Shown: positions 51,863 to 62,886 of the stretch, piece by piece | Position numbering within the stretch: the first letter of the stretch is position 1 | How the letters are laid out: the number at the start of each line of letters is the position of its first letter | DNA from: Alphaproteobacteria bacterium | GTDB taxonomy: Bacteria > Pseudomonadota > Alphaproteobacteria > Rs-D84 | Direction: 5' to 3' | DNA length: 64,000 bases | NCBI GenBank assembly: GCA_033345235.1 | Contig: JAWPOC010000014.1 | Location: forward strand, 73,085 to 137,084 | Translations under genes and position numbers: made by a program | Notes under the pieces: model-generated | The model's database searches: none | Told to the model about the DNA's origin: nothing | The model's input: only the letters and a program-made list of their open reading frames with translations

Positions 51863-53458
51863 TTGTCAGTATTAAAAAAAGTTGCTTTTTGGATTTTTTC
51901 TTTACCGCTGATGGGCTGTACAACAGTGCCAACATCAATGAATGATAATGATGCCAGACTGGAAAACTATGCGCCAAAGATTACCAAGGCTGATTTTGCC
52001 TATAATCCGTATGAAACGCCAATTGCGCGTGTTTATGCCACAGAGTTAAAGTCTGGGGATGATGTATCTGGGGCGACCCTTATCCAAGATGGTCTGTCTG
52101 CATTTGTGGTTCGATCTGCGTTTGCGCGTATGGCAACCAAGACAATCGATTTGCAGACGTATATATACAGTAATGACTTTTCATCGAAAATATTAATCGC
52201 AGAATTAAAAAATGCTGCTGATCGCGGGGTCAAGGTCAGAATACTGTTGGATGATTATGGAACCAAGTCTGATATTGTCGACGTTATGTTGCTGAATCAG
52301 CATCCTAATATCGAAGTCAAAGTCTTTAACGCAGTACCAAATCGTACCAAGATTTTATATTATCCGCAATTTTTGACTGATTTTAATCGACTGAATTCGC
52401 GTATGCATAATAAATTGTTTATCGTTGATAATGTTGCATATATCACAGGCGGCAGAAATGTCGGCAGTAATTATTTTTATCCAGAAACAGCGTCTAACTT
52501 TTCAGATACAGATGTTTTGTTTATCGGTGATATGACGCGCTTTGCGACGGACAGTTTTAATGAATATTGGCAACATCATTTGTCGATTCCTGCGTCTGTG
52601 TTCCCAAAGGCCACATCCAAGAAAGCGCTGTATAAACTGGAAAGGTCGTTTACAGAAATCAGTCGCAAAAATATGGATAATGCACAAATGTACAATAACA
52701 TTATCAATATGGCGCAACAAGAATATCAAGACAGAAAATTTGATTTTTCATGGGGACGTGGAAAATTCTTGGCTGATCCGCCTGAAAAAGTCGAAATGAA
52801 AATGGCTGAAAAAGAATGTTATCGTGGCGATATTATCAAGGCATTACAGCATTTGTGGGCCCAGACAACAGATTCTGTGTATATGTCTGCGGCGTACTTT
52901 GTCCCGGGGCAGGGCGGTTTAGAACATATCTTGCGTGAGGAAAATTCAGGTGTGCATATGACGATTGTTACAAATTCTTTGGCGTCAACAAATGCACCAA
53001 CTGTGTATGCTAAATGGGAAAAATACAGAAAGCGTCTGATTGAATCTGGGGCAGATGTATATGAATTTATGGTGTCGGCAGAAAACTTGCGCGGGAAAGA
53101 ACATGATCGTGAACGTAAACAGTCCAGTTTTTCTGTCTTGCATAGTAAAACGATGGTCTTTGATGATGATATTTCATGGATTGGCAGTTTTAATTTGGAT
53201 CCACGCAGCGCGTATTATAATACTGAAAACGTGGCGATATTTGAAAGTCGTGAATTTGCAGATAAATTACGCACGATGATTGTCGAAGATACTCAAACAT
53301 CATGGCATGTGACATTGGATGGTAATGGCAATCCAGTATGGTCTGGATTTCGTGGCAATGAAACAAAACCGCGTGTTTATAACTATGCCCCAGATACCAG
53401 TATATTCAGACGTATTTGGAAATCGATTTGTAATTTGGTACCAGAAAAATTTGTATAA
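51863..53458 (+). CDS. phospholipase D-family lipoprotein (two HKD motifs; cardiolipin-synthase-like)
   Basis: It has a lipobox-like LPLMGC and two HxK(x)4D motifs (HNKLFIVD, HSKTMVFD). Confidence 0.75.
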   Translation: MSVLKKVAFWIFSLPLMGCTTVPTSMNDNDARLENYAPKITKADFAYNPYETPIARVYATELKSGDDVSGATLIQDGLSAFVVRSAFARMATKTIDLQTYIYSNDFSSKILIAELKNAADRGVKVRILLDDYGTKSDIVDVMLLNQHPNIEVKVFNAVPNRTKILYYPQFLTDFNRLNSRMHNKLFIVDNVAYITGGRNVGSNYFYPETASNFSDTDVLFIGDMTRFATDSFNEYWQHHLSIPASVFPKATSKKALYKLERSFTEISRKNMDNAQMYNNIINMAQQEYQDRKFDFSWGRGKFLADPPEKVEMKMAEKECYRGDIIKALQHLWAQTTDSVYMSAAYFVPGQGGLEHILREENSGVHMTIVTNSLASTNAPTVYAKWEKYRKRLIESGADVYEFMVSAENLRGKEHDRERKQSSFSVLHSKTMVFDDDISWIGSFNLDPRSAYYNTENVAIFESREFADKLRTMIVEDTQTSWHVTLDGNGNPVWSGFRGNETKPRVYNYAPDTSIFRRIWKSICNLVPEKFV

Positions 53459-53480
53459 AAAAACGGGGAAACCCCGTTTT

Positions 53481-54761
53481 TTATTTGCCTAGCAATTTTA
53501 ATATTGTATCCACAGTTTCAGACATATATGTGTCCAGTCCGAATGTGGTTTTCATATCTGTTGTATCAACATCGTTCACACGATATTTTACCTCTATCGC
53601 GTTGTTTGCTAAATTTTTGGCTGATACAATCAATCGAATTGGCGCGGCGACCAAATCTGCGTCAGCAAACTTTTCACCCGCGCGTGCATCACGATTATCT
53701 AAAATAACTTCAATCCCTGCGGATTTTAAGTCATTGTATATTTTTTCTGCCAGTGGCAATGTTTTGCCTTCTTTGTCAGGCAGACCGATAACTTCGACAG
53801 CAAAAGGCGCGGTTGCCATATTCCAAATAGGCCCTTTGTCATCTGCGCTTTCTTCCATAATCGCGGCCATTGTACGTCCAACGCCAATACCATAACAGCC
53901 CATAATTGGATGCTTTGATTCACCATCAGGTGCAGTATATGTTAAATTCATGGAATCAGAATATTTTGTTCCCAATTGGAAGATGTTTCCGATTTCAATT
54001 CCACGAACTTTGTTTAATTTTTTACCGCACTTTGGGCATGTTTCTGTGTCGTCTTCGATAAGTTCTTTATTTGTACTAAAACCGCATTCACAAAGATAAA
54101 TTGTGTCTTCGCCCATATCGTTTATTAGTTGGAATTCGTGGGCAACACTGCCGCCCATATCACCAGTAGAAGACAATACACTGACAACGTTCTTTAAACC
54201 GCAACGTGCAAAAATACGATTGTATGCATCTAAACAGCGATTGTAATATTGTTCTAAATCAGACTGTGTTTCGTGAAAAGAATATGCGTCTTTCATAATA
54301 AATTCACGTGTGCGAATTAATCCTGCACGCGCACGCAATTCGTCACGGAATTTCGTTTGAATCTGATAAACCATAAAAGGCATTTGACGATATGTTTCTA
54401 ATACAGATTTTACGAAATCGACAACAACTTCTTCGTGTGTTGGATTCAAAACATAATCTGTGCCAGAACGACCTTTGAATTTCGCCAAAACATCAACAGT
54501 GTCATAACGACCGCTTTCACGCCAGATGTCTGCGCCAGATACCACAGGCATCAAAATTTCTTGGCCGTCAATTGCGTCCATTTCGCTGCGAATTATGTTT
54601 TCAATATTGCGAACAACACGCCATCCCAATGGTGTTAATGTATAACCACCTTGGAAAGTTTGATATATATAGCCACCTTTCAAAGCTATCTTATGACCAT
54701 GTGTTGTTGCACCAGATACATCACCAATTAAACGACGAACACATAAATTTTCGATTTTCAT
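53481..54761 (-). CDS. proS: proline--tRNA ligase (short, archaeal/alpha-type)
   Basis: It has the class II aaRS motifs and a C-terminal anticodon-binding domain. It is 426 aa. Confidence 0.9.
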   Translation of the reverse strand: MKIENLCVRRLIGDVSGATTHGHKIALKGGYIYQTFQGGYTLTPLGWRVVRNIENIIRSEMDAIDGQEILMPVVSGADIWRESGRYDTVDVLAKFKGRSGTDYVLNPTHEEVVVDFVKSVLETYRQMPFMVYQIQTKFRDELRARAGLIRTREFIMKDAYSFHETQSDLEQYYNRCLDAYNRIFARCGLKNVVSVLSSTGDMGGSVAHEFQLINDMGEDTIYLCECGFSTNKELIEDDTETCPKCGKKLNKVRGIEIGNIFQLGTKYSDSMNLTYTAPDGESKHPIMGCYGIGVGRTMAAIMEESADDKGPIWNMATAPFAVEVIGLPDKEGKTLPLAEKIYNDLKSAGIEVILDNRDARAGEKFADADLVAAPIRLIVSAKNLANNAIEVKYRVNDVDTTDMKTTFGLDTYMSETVDTILKLLGK

Positions 54762-54787
54762 TTTTATAACTCTTTTATTTTTTTCAT

Positions 54788-55621
54788 TTATTTTTTATCT
54801 TTTAATTCCATATATTTTTCTGAAACGATTTTTTGCAGTACATCTGCAATTTGTTTTCTGTCCATGCCCGCCAATGGCGGTGGTGGCAACAATGTAATTT
54901 CAACCATAAATCCGCCCAGCATCATTATATGAAAGACTTGACCAAATGCACTGCGTTCGCGCTTGCATAATGGGCCTGTATCCATCTTTGCATTTGAGAA
55001 ATATGCAAAATGATCTGCCAATGTTTGGTCGTCAATAACGCTGCCGTCGCGATATCTATAATGCATAGTCATTGGTTGAACTGTGACATTCGAATTTTCA
55101 ACAAAGTTAAACAATGAACTTTTAAATAGTTTTACATACGCGCCATTTGTTGTTGTGCCTTCTGGAAATAATATCATTGGATATTGTACGTTTTGTACGG
55201 TCTTTTGTACCACAGCCAATGCATCACGTGCATGCGAAGGACGACGGTCAACAAAAATAACACCGAACTTTTTTGCAACCCATCCGACCAAAGGCCAATT
55301 TTCCATTTCTTTTTTTGCGATAAAGCTGCCATGAAATGCCAATGGAAAAGTCGCCAATTCAAATACAGATATATGGTTTGACACAATCATCAATGGACGT
55401 TTGTCAGACAGTTTTCCATGAACGACAATCTTTATACCGGCTAACTTTATCAAGAACCACATAAATATCGGCATATATCGTACGGACAGCTTACTGCCAG
55501 TTGGTAATAGAAAAATTATTGGCACTTGTATAACAACCAGCAGCCAAAATGTTACAAATTTAATTGTGGCTGTTATTGTATTGAAAATATTTTGTTTTCT
55601 TGGCTGTTTTGTTTTAGTCAT
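54788..55621 (-). CDS. olsA: lyso-ornithine-lipid O-acyltransferase (PlsC family)
   Basis: The HxxxxD/E block NHISVFE and FPEGTTTNG are present. The ATG at 55621 overlaps the olsB stop (ATGACTAA). Confidence 0.55.
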   Translation of the reverse strand: MTKTKQPRKQNIFNTITATIKFVTFWLLVVIQVPIIFLLPTGSKLSVRYMPIFMWFLIKLAGIKIVVHGKLSDKRPLMIVSNHISVFELATFPLAFHGSFIAKKEMENWPLVGWVAKKFGVIFVDRRPSHARDALAVVQKTVQNVQYPMILFPEGTTTNGAYVKLFKSSLFNFVENSNVTVQPMTMHYRYRDGSVIDDQTLADHFAYFSNAKMDTGPLCKRERSAFGQVFHIMMLGGFMVEITLLPPPPLAGMDRKQIADVLQKIVSEKYMELKDKK

Positions 55622-56570
55622 CTGTGTCTGCTTTTTGTGAATCTTCGATATATTCTGCATCTTCTGCATCTTCGCGTAACAAGAATTCAACAAACGCGCG
55701 AACGACTTTAAAAGGGCCAACCACAGGGAATGTTATAATCTTGCCAACAGTTTTCATAATGTTTTCTTTTTCTTCGGGGTTACCCAGTGCGTTTTCACGA
55801 CCCAAGAAATGTTTTTGATATGTTGCATTCATCTTGCGTGTTTCAATCATTACGAACACGTCATAAGAATTAAAAGGCGCGTCAATAAATACACCACGAC
55901 CAAATGTTGCGCCCAAACGTAAATAGCCTTTAATCAAAGGTGTCATTTCAGATTTTGCATCTGCTTCGTCAACAAAGTCGCGTGGCAATATATTCATACG
56001 TGACATTTTTGGATTGACGCCTTCGGCAAAATTTTCGGATAACACAGTTGCACGTAAACGCAAAGGTGTTAAATGATTATAATACAAATATGAAATCGCC
56101 TGTGCAGAGCGTGCAGGCTTTGAGCCAACAAAAGATGCGACGCCAAACAAGATTTCAATTTTACGGCGCAAAATCATTTCACCCAGCCCTGCCCATAATA
56201 AACGCATTACCAACGCATTATCGCGATAAGATTTTTCAACGCACGCGCGTGACATTTCTGCGATATTGCCATGGTATTTTTTTATTTTAGAGATATTAAA
56301 TTCGTTTTCTGTATAAAATCCGCCCATTTTTTCTGCGGCATTTCTGTCGATAATTCTATAAGTCCCAACAACGCGCCCATTATGAAATACAGCCATATAT
56401 TCTGCATATCTGTCATAAGAATCGTACTCTTCGCCCAATGCACGTTGTTCTTCGGTTGTTGCGGCGCCTTCTTCTTCGACAAACACTGCATAACGTAGTT
56501 GACGTACCTGCTTGCGTTCTTCTTTGTTACGTGTTAATCGTACTTCATAATCGCGGACTTTAATAGCCAT
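55614..56570 (-). CDS. olsB: ornithine N-acyltransferase (hemolysin-like GNAT)
   Basis: It contains QLRYAVFVEEEG...DSYD...FHNGRVVGTYRI, the OlsB-family pattern. It lies just upstream of olsA. Confidence 0.6.
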   Translation of the reverse strand: MAIKVRDYEVRLTRNKEERKQVRQLRYAVFVEEEGAATTEEQRALGEEYDSYDRYAEYMAVFHNGRVVGTYRIIDRNAAEKMGGFYTENEFNISKIKKYHGNIAEMSRACVEKSYRDNALVMRLLWAGLGEMILRRKIEILFGVASFVGSKPARSAQAISYLYYNHLTPLRLRATVLSENFAEGVNPKMSRMNILPRDFVDEADAKSEMTPLIKGYLRLGATFGRGVFIDAPFNSYDVFVMIETRKMNATYQKHFLGRENALGNPEEKENIMKTVGKIITFPVVGPFKVVRAFVEFLLREDAEDAEYIEDSQKADTDD

Positions 56571-56638
56571 AATATATATCCTTTATATAATACATACTGG
56601 GAAGAATATCAAAGAAATGTCCAATTTTCAACGAATTT

Positions 56639-57679
56639 TTATTTCAATTCGTCTGCCAGTGTTGCAATTGCAATGGCGTACCAATTTGAACTGTTCCATT
56701 TCTTGATTCTATAGAAATTCGGGTATGTCAAATACGCAGTTATAACAGGTTGAGACGCAATGTTTGTATCTGTTTCTGTTTGATTAGTTGTATCTTTGAT
56801 TGCGCGTACGTCTGCGACCAAACCTGCAACCATATCGTTTTGTGGAATTGGTGTGCCGTCTGGATTTGTGACGCCCATTGCAGACCATTCTGGCAAAGTC
56901 TTTTTTGTTTTGCCGTCCAGCAAATCTGTATCGAAATCAGCCGGTAATACCACGCGTCTTACAATACGTTCATTTGGATTCCATCCCAGTTTATTTAAGT
57001 AATTGCCAGCGCTGAACATTGCGTCGCCAACACTGTTAATTATATCGACGCGTCCGTCACCATTGCCGTCAACACCGTATTCGGCCAATGTGGTTGGGAT
57101 GAATTGAAAGTGTCCCATTGCGCCCGCCCAAGAGCCATGTATGTTAGTAATATCTAGCTTGTTTTTATCCGCTGTTTTCATCAATGATAATAATTGATTT
57201 GTAAAGAAAGTTTCGCGTCTACCGTCATACATTAATGTTAAAAAAGCGTCTGTTAACTTATGACGTGATTTTACCGCACCATAATTTGATTCCAGTCCCC
57301 AAAAGGCCAGTATGACATGAGGCTGAATTCCAAATTTTTTTTCAACGCGTGATAACATTGTTGGATACTTTGCGCGCATTTTTTTGCCGCCAGCAATTCT
57401 GGTTTTGCTGACTGTGCGATTTAAGTATTCGTCCAGTGTTAATTTAAATTCGGATTGATTTTTATCGCTTTTAACGATAGATGGTATAAAAGCAGGGTTA
57501 CGCAAAGTTTCACGAATTGTGTCTTCGGAAATATTTTCTGTTGCGGCGCGTGTGCGAACAGAATCAATTAATTCATACCAACGTTCAATATCGAATGTGC
57601 CGCTTTGTGCATTGGCGGTCAGTGGTACACAAAACATAGCTGTCATCAGCAGTCTGAATAATCTATTCATATATATCAT
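56639..57679 (-). CDS. mltB: lytic murein transglycosylase (MltB/Slt35 family)
   Basis: It has a signal peptide and the motifs ILAFWGLESNYG and GAMGHFQFIPTT. Confidence 0.75.
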   Translation of the reverse strand: MIYMNRLFRLLMTAMFCVPLTANAQSGTFDIERWYELIDSVRTRAATENISEDTIRETLRNPAFIPSIVKSDKNQSEFKLTLDEYLNRTVSKTRIAGGKKMRAKYPTMLSRVEKKFGIQPHVILAFWGLESNYGAVKSRHKLTDAFLTLMYDGRRETFFTNQLLSLMKTADKNKLDITNIHGSWAGAMGHFQFIPTTLAEYGVDGNGDGRVDIINSVGDAMFSAGNYLNKLGWNPNERIVRRVVLPADFDTDLLDGKTKKTLPEWSAMGVTNPDGTPIPQNDMVAGLVADVRAIKDTTNQTETDTNIASQPVITAYLTYPNFYRIKKWNSSNWYAIAIATLADELK

Positions 57680-57694
57680 CCTGTTTTTATATTG

Positions 57695-59215
57695 TTAAAA
57701 AGCGATTTTTACGCCCAGATGCAAGCCAAAAGATTGCCATGTTGCGCGTTTTAATGAGTCAGACACTTGTTCCGTATGTGCCGGTACTTGGTCTATTTCA
57801 GGAATATAGGCAATAATATTACCATAATCATCATAAACAGGGTTCATAATATATTGTCCGTTTTCATCCATTACATAGTAGCTGTATTCTGCGACATATA
57901 GTTCCCCAGGGATGTTGCCAACATGGAACAGGTTTGTATCGACTTTTAATGATAATTGCAGTCTGTCAGACAGTTTGTAATTGTATTCTAATTCTGCGGC
58001 ATATGAATAAGATCCGTTGCTGCCTTCGTCCAAAAAGCTGGGGTTTTGTTGCCAGTCTGTACGATTGGGCCAAATACCTTCGGATGAATATTTCGGCAGA
58101 CCGAATTGCATATATAAACGCAGCTTATCTTTTAAAGTCATCTGTTTTTCAACTTCCAGACCGACGTAAAAGCCGCTCCACGTTGTGTTATAAATATGTG
58201 TTGTTCCTTCGACAACAATTGGGCCATCGCCACCAATTATAACACATTCGCCTTGGTTAACGCCCCATGGAATTGTACCTAAATCAGATGTATAATCATT
58301 CGTTGTCAAAGAATCACCCAAGATTCCAAATATTCCATCCATTCCGGTATAGCTATTTGTAACAATCTTGATATCTTCGGGTGACATACAAACCTGATAC
58401 CAATCTTCTGGTGGTGTAGAACCGATTGGTACTGAATAATAATATCCGTTTTCATCGCCGAATACATAGTCGCCCTTGTTTGTCATCAAAGGTAAATATA
58501 TCCCCGGGTTCGGATAGTAATGATTAGACATTTCTAGGTTATGCTTGAATATTTCATAACCAAATGTTGGTGATAATTTCCATCCTGCGATATCCCAGAT
58601 ATGATGCGCTGCAACCCCAAATCGGAAATAGTTGCTGCGACCAGATTGTGCGCCAACCGAAACAGTAAATATGCCGTATTCTGGGTATGCTTCATCAAAT
58701 GGCTTTAAGTCATAGTCCATTGATAAACCCGCATGTGACATTTTGCCATACGCATAGTCACCGTAAATATACATATCAAAATCACGTAAACTGAAATTAT
58801 GACGTGCACCGACGCGTATTTCGTCAAATAACATGTCGTCCCATTCCAGAACAGAATTAACACCGGTTTCGAATTCAAAGTCCGCAAATCTGCGCGCATA
58901 AGATGCATACATTGATGTTGCAGGTTCTGCCTGTGGGGGTAATGCAACGCCATTTGTTGTCATTGTGCCTAAAAAAGTCGGGACAGGCGCGGGACGTGGC
59001 ACTTGGTACGAGTACGATCTGGCGCCAACGACCTGTTTGCTGCCAGATTGACCGACGTATTTAGTATAACCTTGGTTGGCGTATTGACCATATGCCATTT
59101 GATTTGCGTTCGGGGCAGTGGATGTTTGATAATATGATGGTACCCCCTCGTTCACAGCAAATGCCGCCAAAGGTGCACAAATTAACGAAAAAAATGAAAA
59201 AATCCCAGCCTTCAT
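57695..59215 (-). CDS. putative outer-membrane beta-barrel protein
   Basis: It has a signal peptide (LAAFA). Amphipathic beta-strands alternate throughout. The C-terminal residue is aromatic (LHLGVKIAF). Confidence 0.45.
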   Translation of the reverse strand: MKAGIFSFFSLICAPLAAFAVNEGVPSYYQTSTAPNANQMAYGQYANQGYTKYVGQSGSKQVVGARSYSYQVPRPAPVPTFLGTMTTNGVALPPQAEPATSMYASYARRFADFEFETGVNSVLEWDDMLFDEIRVGARHNFSLRDFDMYIYGDYAYGKMSHAGLSMDYDLKPFDEAYPEYGIFTVSVGAQSGRSNYFRFGVAAHHIWDIAGWKLSPTFGYEIFKHNLEMSNHYYPNPGIYLPLMTNKGDYVFGDENGYYYSVPIGSTPPEDWYQVCMSPEDIKIVTNSYTGMDGIFGILGDSLTTNDYTSDLGTIPWGVNQGECVIIGGDGPIVVEGTTHIYNTTWSGFYVGLEVEKQMTLKDKLRLYMQFGLPKYSSEGIWPNRTDWQQNPSFLDEGSNGSYSYAAELEYNYKLSDRLQLSLKVDTNLFHVGNIPGELYVAEYSYYVMDENGQYIMNPVYDDYGNIIAYIPEIDQVPAHTEQVSDSLKRATWQSFGLHLGVKIAF

Positions 59216-59316
59216 TTTCGATTTCTCTGGTTTATTATAGCATAATTTTCCATCAGATAAAAGTGTTTTAATTTATCGCTTGCGTCCCCAGAAACATTTA
59301 ATAAAATATACGTCAA

Positions 59317-60375
59317 ATGAAACAGATTGCGCATAATATTTACATTCATGTACCGTTTTGTATGTCAAAGTGCAATTATTGCGCGTTTTTCTCGCGCGCG
59401 TGCAGTGCGCCGGACTGGGGGCAATATACAAATGATATCTGTGCCGAGATTGTATCTTGGTCAAATCGTATGGGGCGTATAGATGTGCCGACGATATTTT
59501 TTGGTGGCGGAACACCGTCATTGATGCCGGTTGAATGTTTTGACAGAATAATGAACACAATTCGGCATAATTTTAACACAGATGTATGCCAAGAAGTGAC
59601 GCTGGAATCAAATCCAAAAACATTAAATAAACAAAAATTAACCGATTTTATTAATGCGGGTATGTCCAGATTGTCTGTTGGAATTCAAAGTTTAAATGAT
59701 GAAAAATTAAAGTTTTTGGGACGTCGTCATAGTGTATCAGATGCGTTGGATTTGTTGAGTGTGGCACAAAATATAGGTGTAAATGTATCTGCGGATTTTA
59801 TATATGGCTTGCCAAATGAAACGGTTGATGATGTTATTGATTTATGCCATCAGATAAATAAATTGGGTTTGTTACATTGCTCTTTGTATGAGTTGACAAT
59901 TGAAGAAAATTCTGTGTTTGGAAAAATGAACTTAAATATGCCAACGAATTCAGAAATGGCAAAAATGTATTCGGCGATTGCGACGCACTTGGATTTGCCC
60001 AGATATGAAGTTTCTAATTATGCAACAGATGGTTATCATTGCTTGCATAATGAAAATATTTGGGATGGGGACGCGTACATTGGAATTGGTCTTGGTGGGG
60101 CGGGGCGTGTTAACATAGATGGGCAATGGTATGAACAAATGGGTGCCGGCCAGCATTGGGCTAAAATGTCAGGTGATGCACGTTCTGTTGAAAAAATTAT
60201 CACAGGAATGCGAACTGTTCGTGGTTGTCGATTGACAGACGATGTAAAAAACGCTATTGATATGAACTGGGTAAGTAAAAAGCCTGAATTGGTTCAGATA
60301 CAAGATGGCCGTATCAAGGTAACAGATGCGGGTATGTTGATTTTGGACGATGTTTTGTTAAAATTGGTACGATAA
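59317..60375 (+). CDS. hemW: radical-SAM heme chaperone HemW (HemN-like)
   Basis: The CxxxCxxC motif is FCMSKCNYCAF. The length and architecture fit HemW rather than the longer HemN. Confidence 0.8.
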   Translation: MKQIAHNIYIHVPFCMSKCNYCAFFSRACSAPDWGQYTNDICAEIVSWSNRMGRIDVPTIFFGGGTPSLMPVECFDRIMNTIRHNFNTDVCQEVTLESNPKTLNKQKLTDFINAGMSRLSVGIQSLNDEKLKFLGRRHSVSDALDLLSVAQNIGVNVSADFIYGLPNETVDDVIDLCHQINKLGLLHCSLYELTIEENSVFGKMNLNMPTNSEMAKMYSAIATHLDLPRYEVSNYATDGYHCLHNENIWDGDAYIGIGLGGAGRVNIDGQWYEQMGAGQHWAKMSGDARSVEKIITGMRTVRGCRLTDDVKNAIDMNWVSKKPELVQIQDGRIKVTDAGMLILDDVLLKLVR

Positions 60376-60377
60376 AG

Positions 60378-62369
60378 ATGAAAAATAAAATATGGAATAT
60401 TTTTGGAATTTTCGCAGTAATTGCTGCGTTGGTATGGTCTAATAAAACAAAAAATATAACAAGGGAGGTCGAAGTGACATCAGGAATCAAAATAGAAAAT
60501 ATGGACACAACTGTCAAAGCAGGCGATGATTTTTATGCGTATGCTGCACGTGGTTGGCAGAACGCAAATCCGATTCCTGATGATTACTCTAGATACGGCG
60601 TGTGGGAAACATTGGATGAAACTAATTTAGAACGCACCAGAAAAATTGCAGAAACAGATGCTGGAAAAATCGGAATGTTGTATAAAATTGCGATGGACGC
60701 AGATAAATTAAATTCAGATGGGATACAGCCAGTATCTGCAAGAATTGCGCAAATTAACAATCTGACGCGCGGCGATTTAGAAACATATCTGGGGAAAATG
60801 CATCGTTTTTCTAATGCATTTTGGGGCGATGGTGTCGCGCTGGATGAAAAAGACAGTGAACATTATTTATATAATATCGGTCAGGCTGGTATTGGTCTGT
60901 CACGTGATTACTTTTTTGATACAGATGCGAAATCTGTTGAAATTCGCAAGAAATATAAAGAGTTTATATCTGCACAGATGAAAAATTTTGGTATAGATAC
61001 AGATGTTGAAAAATTGTATGCGCTGGAAGAACGTATGGCAAAATCTTTCTATCCAAAAGAAAAATTACGTGATCCACATGCGAACTATCACAAAATGTCA
61101 GTAAATGAAATCAAAGAAAAATTTACAGGCTTTGATTGGAATAAATATTTTATTGCGCGTGGTGTACAGGCGGCAGATTATATAAATATTAATCAGCCAG
61201 AAGTTATCGCAGAATCAATTGCAATAATGAATGATACAGATTTTGAATTAATAAAAACTTATTTGAAATATCGTGTTGTTTGTGGTGCTGATGGTTTACT
61301 GGATGACAAAACATATGAAATTATGTTTGATTTTTATAATCGTACAATGGCAGGACAAAAAGAACAAAAACCACGTTGGAAACGCGCAATTGGAATGCTG
61401 AATGGTGCGCTGGGCGAAGAAATTGGCCGCTTGTACGTAAAAGAATATTTCCCAGAAAGCGCAAAAAAACGTATGCAGACATTGGTTAAAAACTTGCAGC
61501 GTGCATATGCGCAGCGTATTGAAAATCTGGATTGGATGAGTGTTGATACAAAATCCAAAGCATTGGAAAAATTATCAACATTTACGGCCAAAATCGGATA
61601 TCCAGATAAATGGCGCGATTATTCTGGACTGGAAATCAAAAATGATTCTTTGTATGAAAATATGATGCGTGTCGCACAATTTGAAGATGAATTTTGGTTG
61701 GCAAAAATAGGTCAGAAAAAAGACCCAACAATCTGGTATATGAATGCGCATGAAATAAATGCGTACTATGACCCATCTGCAAATGAGATTTGTTTTCCAG
61801 CTGGTATATTGCAGTATCCATTCTTTGATATGAATGCGGATGATGCATTTAACTATGGTGCGATTGGTGCGGTTATTGGTCATGAAATGACGCATGGTTT
61901 TGATGATTCTGGTCGTCATTTTGACAAAGATGGTAATATGACTGATTGGTGGACCAAAGACGATGCTGCAGGATTTGACGTGCGCGCCAAAACGATGAAA
62001 GAATTCTTTGATAAAATAAAAATTAATGACGAAGTAAATGCAAACGGTGAGTTTACACTGGGTGAAAATTTGGCTGATTACGGCGGTGTAACAATTTCAT
62101 TTGATGCGTACAAGAAATTTGGTGTCAAGACAGATACGATATATGGTCTGACATCCGATATGCGTTTCTTTGTTGCGTATGCAGGTGTGTGGGCGCAAAA
62201 TATTCGTCCAGCCGAAGAATTACGTTTAACCAAAGTGGATGAACATTCATTAAGTAAAAATCGTGTTAATGGTATATTGCCTCATATAAATGCGTGGTAT
62301 GACGCGTTTGGTATAGAACCATCAGATAAAATGTACATTGCACCAGAAAATCGTGTAAAGTTATGGTAA
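60378..62369 (+). CDS. M13-family zinc metallopeptidase (PepO/neprilysin-like)
   Basis: It has a signal anchor and the zinc motifs HEMTHGFDD (HExxH) and ENLADYGG. Confidence 0.85.
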   Translation: MKNKIWNIFGIFAVIAALVWSNKTKNITREVEVTSGIKIENMDTTVKAGDDFYAYAARGWQNANPIPDDYSRYGVWETLDETNLERTRKIAETDAGKIGMLYKIAMDADKLNSDGIQPVSARIAQINNLTRGDLETYLGKMHRFSNAFWGDGVALDEKDSEHYLYNIGQAGIGLSRDYFFDTDAKSVEIRKKYKEFISAQMKNFGIDTDVEKLYALEERMAKSFYPKEKLRDPHANYHKMSVNEIKEKFTGFDWNKYFIARGVQAADYININQPEVIAESIAIMNDTDFELIKTYLKYRVVCGADGLLDDKTYEIMFDFYNRTMAGQKEQKPRWKRAIGMLNGALGEEIGRLYVKEYFPESAKKRMQTLVKNLQRAYAQRIENLDWMSVDTKSKALEKLSTFTAKIGYPDKWRDYSGLEIKNDSLYENMMRVAQFEDEFWLAKIGQKKDPTIWYMNAHEINAYYDPSANEICFPAGILQYPFFDMNADDAFNYGAIGAVIGHEMTHGFDDSGRHFDKDGNMTDWWTKDDAAGFDVRAKTMKEFFDKIKINDEVNANGEFTLGENLADYGGVTISFDAYKKFGVKTDTIYGLTSDMRFFVAYAGVWAQNIRPAEELRLTKVDEHSLSKNRVNGILPHINAWYDAFGIEPSDKMYIAPENRVKLW

Positions 62370-62394
62370 AAAAAACCGCCTTTTGGCGGTTTTT

Positions 62395-62685
62395 TTATTT
62401 CTTGGTTGCGACGCGTTCGCGGAATTCATTGCTGGGGCGGAAAGATGCAACCCGTCGTGCAGATATCACAGCCGATGCGCCTGTTTTTGGATTGCGTCCC
62501 ATGCGCGCATTTTTTTCCAAAATTTTAAATGTTCCAAAGCCTGCGAATTTAACTTCTTCGCCATGAATCAAGGATTCAGTAATTTCTTCAAAAATAATAT
62601 CAACCAGTTTATAAGAATCCGCAGATGTTAAACCAAAACGTTCACGTAATCTGTCTGCAAAGTCACTGCGTGTTATTGTTGCCAT
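62395..62685 (-). CDS. ihfA: integration host factor subunit (HU/IHF family; alpha-like)
   Basis: It contains GFGTF and ARMGRNPKTG. It is 96 aa. A bidirectional terminator follows at 62370-62400. Confidence 0.75.
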   Translation of the reverse strand: MATITRSDFADRLRERFGLTSADSYKLVDIIFEEITESLIHGEEVKFAGFGTFKILEKNARMGRNPKTGASAVISARRVASFRPSNEFRERVATKK

Positions 62686-62810
62686 ATTTATCTTCCTATA
62701 CTTTTATATTAAATCGTGCTTATTATACAGGCAGAGAAGAAAACTTGCAATATTTAAATAAAATAAAAAACATTGAACATAAACTTATTTTAATTTAATA
62801 TTGACACACT

Positions 62811-62886
62811 GTCCCCATAGTTCAACAGGATAGAACAAATTCCTCCTAAGAATTAGATGCAGGTTCGAGTCCTGCTGGGGACGCCA
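62811..62886 (+). tRNA. tRNA-Arg (anticodon CCU)
   Basis: The cloverleaf folds by hand. The acceptor is GUCCCCA/UGGGGAC. The anticodon loop is CUCCUAA. The T arm is GCAGG-UUCGAGU-CCUGC. The encoded end is G-CCA. Confidence 0.85.
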
